Origin: Lama guanicoe
Taxonomy: Eukaryota
DNA: 64,000 nucleotides
Assembly: GCA_013239625.1 (NCBI GenBank)
Contig: MU053629.1
Span: forward strand, 2,321,567-2,385,566
Direction of reading: 5' to 3'
In this document: piece by piece, positions 58,437 to 64,000 of the stretch
Position numbering within the stretch: the first letter of the stretch is position 1
Layout: the number at the start of each line of letters is the position of its first letter
Position numbers and translations under genes: made by a program
Notes under the pieces: model-generated
The model's database searches: none
What the model was told of the DNA's origin: nothing
What the model saw: only the letters and a program-made list of their open reading frames with translations

Positions 58437-61400
58437 GTTTTTTCCCCAGCTTTAAGGGCCAGGAGCCTGGTCCTCTGTGGTCCCCTGAGCTCCGGGCCCT
58501 GGAGGAGACCGTGATGCTTTACTTACTAACCCTCTGTCCTGCTCGGTGGTGGCTGGGGGCAAAGAAGCAACTGTGGCTCTAGACCCCAGGGACGGGGCTG
58601 TGCCCAGAGTAGCGGTGGCTTTCACTTGACCTCTGCTGCTTAGGAGGAAGGGGAGAGCAACAGTTTGGTCTTTCAGGCCCTGGAGACCCCCACCCTGTTC
58701 CGGAGACCCACTTCCTCTCTGAGTGGCGCTGTACTGTGTGTGCGTGTTTGAGAGACGTGTAGAGCACGCTGTGCATGAAGGTCTGCCTGGGTGCCTGACG
58801 TGCGTGTGTGCGCCTGTGTGTGTGCAGGCGAGTGCTCCTCTGGCCGAGGGGCTGCCTGCGTCTTTATAAGTGTCTTAGTGAGCTCATGTGGATGTGGGGC
58901 GAAGGGGCCCTTGCTTCTCTGTCCTCTGCCAGTGCCGTCTGTGGGCCACCTCCTTTCCCGGCTCTGAGGAGCAGCTGGTGGTGGACTAGATGGGTCGGGC
59001 CCCACTCAGGGTGGGATGTCACCTTCTGAGAGGCCTGTTTGTGCAGCTGCATTCTCAGCTGCCTCAGCCAACACCCTCCCTTTCATCCCTTCAGCCTGCC
59101 AAGAGTTTAGGTGGGCTCTGGGTGACTCTAGGAACAGGGCGATCGATCAGTCGAGGAGATGGGGCTGTGGAGCAATTGGTGGGCGCTGCAGGCCAGTGGG
59201 AGCACAGCGCACCCTGGTTCCAGCTCAAGGGCCCCGACCCTCACACCCCAGGAGCTCACACAGAGAGTGGGGGCTCTCCAGAGGTCAGATGGTGGACCGC
59301 CCAGAGCACTGTGTGTCCCCCCTCCCCTCCTCTTCTATCGCCTTGGGTGTTCCCATCCTCAGTGAGGCCACAGGCTGGACAGGAGGTCACATGACCCCGG
59401 CTGTCTGGTCCTGAGGCCGCCTTTTTTTCCCCTTTAATCAAATAAACAAAGACTCCAGTGTCTTGCTTGCCCCTCTCCCTCCTGCCTCCCCATCCCCACA
59501 CCCCTGCCATGAGGTCACAGGCAGACGCTGCCAGGAAGCAGGGTGGCCTCTGCTGGGCCTTGCTGCGCTGCAGGTTTCAGCCAGCTTGGCCCTTTCCTCT
59601 TTCCTGCCTCCTCTCTGCCCCTCCCACTTCTTTCCTCTCTGCCATTTTTTACCCCCTCTTTCCCAGCCACGTGGGTCTTTTCTGTGGCCGGTCCTGTGAG
59701 CTTCCTAACTCCTAGTGCCCCTGGGGTTTCTTGGAAGGGCTTGGGGAGGGACCCGTGCAGCCTGGGGCCCTTCAGGACATGAGGGTGGGGGTGGGGCAAG
59801 AGGAGCAACTGCTTGATACCCTGTTTGTCCCTATTCTCATCACCCTTATGGGATGCCTGGCTCATTCAGCCATGATTGCAGGGTTCCTTAGGGTGGGGCT
59901 GGGTCCCATTTGACCTTGTATTCCCTCCTAGGGGAGCCCCTGGGCCGACACTCTCCTCCAAGCCTGCCTAGGTAGGCTCGCCAGTGGGGAAGGGTCGCAG
60001 TTGGGCTGGGTCTAGTGATTGTGTTCTTGGTCCCGCTGAGGCCCTGAATAGTGAAGAGACCCATGCAGGTCTCATTGCAGGTTGGTGGGACTAGAGCTTT
60101 GCGCTCTTGACTCCCAAGCCAGTGCTGTTTCTCTGCCCCACTCTTTCTCTTGCTACATCTGTTCCTGAGTTCAGGTGTGCGTTTCTCAAGCTCTCTGGGA
60201 TGCTAAGTTCTGCACCCTGCAGGGGCCCCAGCAACTCAGGGCCTGCGAGCAGGAGCAGCAGCAGTGGTGACGGGCTGCCCTGGACGTCTTACTCACAGCC
60301 CCCATCACAGGGTTGGGGAGGCCCTTGCAGAGCCCGAACGCAGTGCTGTCCCTTCCTGAGCCCCTAGCAGCCCTGACGGCTGGGCCGAGGCAGTTGCCAA
60401 GGTGGCCTGGGGTTTCCGACTTAGCTGCTGATCTGCTGCCAGCATCGAATTTACCCTGGTCATGCAAATGAGTATTTGGCTGTGCCTGGCATGGGGAGGT
60501 GGGTGGGACCCAGGGCCCTGTATGAGAAGAAGGCAGAGGCAGCCAGGAGGAAGTTATATAATGAGGATGCTGAGGGGCCAGGCGGGCCACGCGTTACATA
60601 ATGACTGGGAGAGAGGCAGGGAGGGCAGGCGCCGTCTAACACCCCGGCAGGGGATGGGCAGCTGGTGACCCACCGGACAAAGAACTAGGGCATCGTGAGG
60701 TCAGAGAGTGGGCAGCGGCCCAAAACAGGAACCTTGGGCCAGCTCATTCATTGATTAGCTATTCATTCAGTAAGTGTTTACTGAGTACCCACTATGTGGC
60801 AGGCCCTGGCTTTCGTCATGTTTGATTCCTTCAGTGTTGCCGTGTGGTAGGGCGTTATCCTTTTCTCTAGACGGGAAACTAGGACTCTTTTGTCCAGAAG
60901 GAAAGAAATGGTGATAATTCCTATTACTGAGCACCTGCTCTGTGCCCACTTCCAGATGCAACACTTTTGATACATCATTGATCTTCATAGCCCCCTGGGG
61001 CTCAGGGTCAGCCAGCTGTGAGTGCTGGTCTGTCCAGCTCAGAGGCCCTACTCTCCACCACACAGGGCGGCTCCTCGGTGTGTGTGGCCTTACTCCTTCC
61101 ACCGTTTCCTCCCTGACCTTGGGGCCTGGCAGGGAGGGGCCTCTCTGAACTGCCTTCTGACTCCAGTGCAGGAGCTTGGCGCTCCTGCCTGAGGTGGGAA
61201 GGGACCTGTGGGGTGGGGTCGGTGTCTGGGGTGTGAAGTTAAGTCCCGGGATTACTTTCTGCCACCTTGGCCAAATCCATCCCATATGATGAGTCTGTGT
61301 CTTCATGAGGGTGTTGTGACTGACCTCCCTAATGCCCTTTCTTGTAACCTGTGATTCAGCTCCAGAAAGGAGATCCTGAGACTTTTTTCACTTGGCCAAG

Positions 61401-61864
61401 GCTGGGTTTGGGACCCACTAGCAGCTGCAGGTGGCCCTGGCTCCAGTGGGCCCTCACCAAGGGACACCCCTCACGCCTGTCACCTCCGCCCTTGGACTCA
61501 ATCTATTAAGGATGCAGACTGGGACTACTCCTACTTTACAGAGAAAACTGAAGTTCAGAGGCAGCTGGCCTAAGGGAGTCACTAGACTGGGAGTGAGACC
61601 AGATCTGGGCTCTTTCCACAAGACAAGGCTGATTCGAATCCAAATCTCTGGCAGCTGCATGCAGGGAGAGGGCCCCTTCTCTGCTGGATCTGTCCCCGCC
61701 CTTGCCCTGAAGCCCCAGTGTCAGACCTGATGTGGGGGTCCTTTTGGTTTGTTCCTGACCAGGGCAGACTTCAGTCTTCAGTCTGCAGGGGGAAGCTTCC
61801 TTAAGACCCCCAAACGTGAACCCTGTTAAACGTCTGCCATCCGCCCCACCCCTGTCTTCTGCAG

Positions 61865-61969
61865 GTCAGCGACATCAAGTTCCAGGCACCCAGTGGGGAG
61901 GAGAAGGAATCCTGGATCAAAGCCCTCAATGAAGGGATCAACCGAGGCAAGAACAAGGCTTTTGATGAG
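61865..61969 (+). CDS. PLEKHO2: PLEKHO2 exon 4: VSDIKFQAPSGEEKESWIKALNEGINRGKNKAFDE (PH C-terminal helix)
   Basis: ctgcag| acceptor and GAG|gtgcga donor; 105 nt. Confidence 0.96.
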
Positions 61970-62084
61970 GTGCGATGCAGTCCTGTGGATGGCTCTGTGC
62001 CCCTCCCCACCACGTGTGATCTCAGGGTGGACCCTGCCCTGCTCCACCCCAGACAACCATTTGATTATGTCACAGCTACAAACA

Positions 62085-62250
62085 CTGGGCATCTGCTGTT
62101 GTTACGGTATTTAATCCTCACAACACCCCTCAAAGTAGGTGCTAGTGTTCCCATACTATGGATGAGGAAACTGAGGTGTAAGGAAAATAAGTAAGTTACT
62201 TTAAATTAAAACATGGGTAGGTGGTGGGTAGAATTTAACTGGTTGCAGCC
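62085..62250 (-). mobile_element. MIR SINE
   Basis: Contains tttaatcctcacaacaccc...gtaggtg...gatgaggaaactgagg. Confidence 0.75.
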
Positions 62251-63505
62251 ATGCTTCCTTTCCAACCCAGCTTCAGCTAGAAACTGCAGGGGAGCCGAGG
62301 CCAGAGAGATCTGGCAGTGAGCTGAGAGCCACAAGTTCACTTGTCAATTGGGCTGTGAAGTCTAGGCCCGGCTTGCTCTAGCCCTGGGCCTCCCTATTTG
62401 TCTGCCGTGGCCACCCAGCCCCCTGAGTTATAGTGGTGACGGCAGCAGTGGCCATGATCAGGCTCGGGGCAGGCAGGGTGGCCCATGGGGCCGGAACTCC
62501 TAGGGAGGGTTTATCTTTGACATCTTGGATTTGTAGCTATTTGGGCTAAAATGGACCCGGGGGCCACCTAGATTACAGAAGATTGAGACTCGAGAGCGAA
62601 TCTTCCCAAGCAAGTCCCTTCATAATACCCAGGTCCTCTGACTTGCAGCCATGGCTCCTATGTCACGTCTTATGTGACTGTGTCATGCTCAACCCTTCAC
62701 TAGCTGGGGAAAAGTCCTCATTTTGTGGGCGGGGATGATGGACCAAACCACGGGTGTTAGAGGCCACAGGAGCAGGGGCTGGGCTGCAGTCTGCTGCTTT
62801 GGCAGAGCAGAATCAGCTTCTCCACTGTGAGGACCCCCAGATGGGACTGAGCCCTGAGCCTCACCTGGGGGCAGAAAAGTCTTAGCCTACCCCCCACCCC
62901 CATCACAGGGACAGGCTCCTCTGGGGTTCAGGCTGGATTTCCCATGTGACGCTCACTGTGGCTTCCTGGCTGCCCCTCAGCCCCCTTCCTTACCCTCAGA
63001 AAGGAGATACTGTCCTCCAGACACCCCCACCCAAAGGGCTAGAGGCCCAGCTCTTTCCTGGGCTACCCCCGGGGGTCCTGGGAGAGTGACTGGGGCCAGG
63101 ATAGCGCTTTTCTGGAAGCCAGGTATCAGGCGATCATGGGCTGTCTTCTTCCCACTCCCAGCTAAGCACAAAAGCAGTCTCAGGGCTGCTCATCTATTTG
63201 CAATAGATTGAGGGGTGGTGAGGGCTCATAGCCCATGTTTGGGCAGGAAGACTGAGGCAAAGAGGGCAGCTGCAGAGCAGGGAGCACCTCGGAGTGCAGA
63301 GAGATGACGAAGGCCGTGTGGAGACCGGGAGTGCAGCAGAGGTCCAGACATAGGGAGAGGCCTCCAAGAGAGGGCAGCGTGGGGCACTGGAGCCTGTCAA
63401 GCGAGGATGCAGGTGCAGACCCTGCCTCTGAGTCAGGTGAATGCCCGGGCATCCTCTGCTCTTCCAAGCCTGGTGGGGACTGATGTGGTTCCTTCTCCTT
63501 CCCAG

Positions 63506-63604
63506 GTAAAGGTGGACAAGAGCTGTGCCCTGGAGCATGTGACACGGGACCGCGTGCGGGGGGGCATGCGGCGCCGGCCCCCCACGAGAGTCCATCTGAA
63601 GGAG
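63506..63604 (+). CDS. PLEKHO2: PLEKHO2 exon 5: VKVDKSCALEHVTRDRVRGGMRRRPPTRVHLKE (gene continues beyond window)
   Basis: cccag| acceptor and GAG|gtaaag donor; 99 nt. Confidence 0.95.
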
Positions 63605-64000
63605 GTAAAGCCTTGCCCCCAGCTTGGATGGGGGTGGGGCCAGTTGAGCCTGGGGCCCCAGCTCCTTAGGGTGGCGGTGGGCTTGGGACCACCTTTTTCC
63701 TGAGGACTCTTGGCATTGGGCTTGCTGGGTGGTGTGCAGCGTGTCGGCACGGGGGCACATGTGTTCTGTGTGCCCTTGGGCCGAGCTGGTGCCTGAGGGA
63801 AACTGAGAGCCCGAGGTTAGTCCCGCCTCTCAGAGCTCAGCTTCCAGCTGGAGAAGAGCCTGTCCACAGACTGATCCAAGCAGTGTGCTGTGTCTAATTT
63901 TTGTACAGAGGGCAGCTCTGGGACGCCGAGCAGGAGGGACCACAGAGGACCCGCAGACGCTTGAGCTGACCCTCGGAGAGTGGGGAAGGTTTCAGTGGGC

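Noticed and set aside
1..64000. CRISPR arrays, operons, prokaryotic defence or mobile systems, rRNA/snoRNA/miRNA genes
   Set aside because: The window is mammalian spliced-gene DNA. I saw no repeat-spacer array or recognisable structured RNA gene. A covariance-model (Rfam/Infernal) scan would be needed to exclude small ncRNAs.

Overview
This is mammalian genomic DNA, not prokaryotic. It is almost certainly camelid (alpaca, llama or camel), because four copies of the camelid Vic-1-type tRNA-derived SINE are present. The region is syntenic with human 15q22.31 and holds three genes. (1) RBPMS2 (- strand): the 5' end only, comprising the CpG island and coding exon 1, whose start codon falls in a 306-N assembly gap at 7115-7420; 1-7055 is intron 1. 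(2) PIF1 helicase (- strand): complete, with a non-coding exon 1 near 38.7 kb and 12 coding exons (37930 to 31535) that splice at GT-AG sites into an intact 1926-nt CDS (641 aa). (3) PLEKHO2 (+ strand): exons 1-5, encoding the PH domain; the gene continues past the window. The remainder is intron or intergenic DNA with MIR, L2, L1, MLT1, MER5/MER58 and Vic-1 repeats. Almost all ORFs in the supplied track are spurious. I found no convincing wholly new biological system. The best leads are: a cyclin-A2-like DQENxxP degron candidate in the last PIF1 exon; a PLEKHO2 exon 4/5 junction that regenerates exon 5's own donor site; a CArG+MEF2+E-box cluster and an Oct/PU.1/TATA/C-EBP cluster in PLEKHO2 introns; an orphan promoter-like CpG patch at about 42.3 kb; and two local duplications, one with a gene-conversion-like signature. 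Exon coordinates were read by hand. Repeat boundaries and subfamily names are approximate, and comparisons with human sequences are from memory, not from a search.
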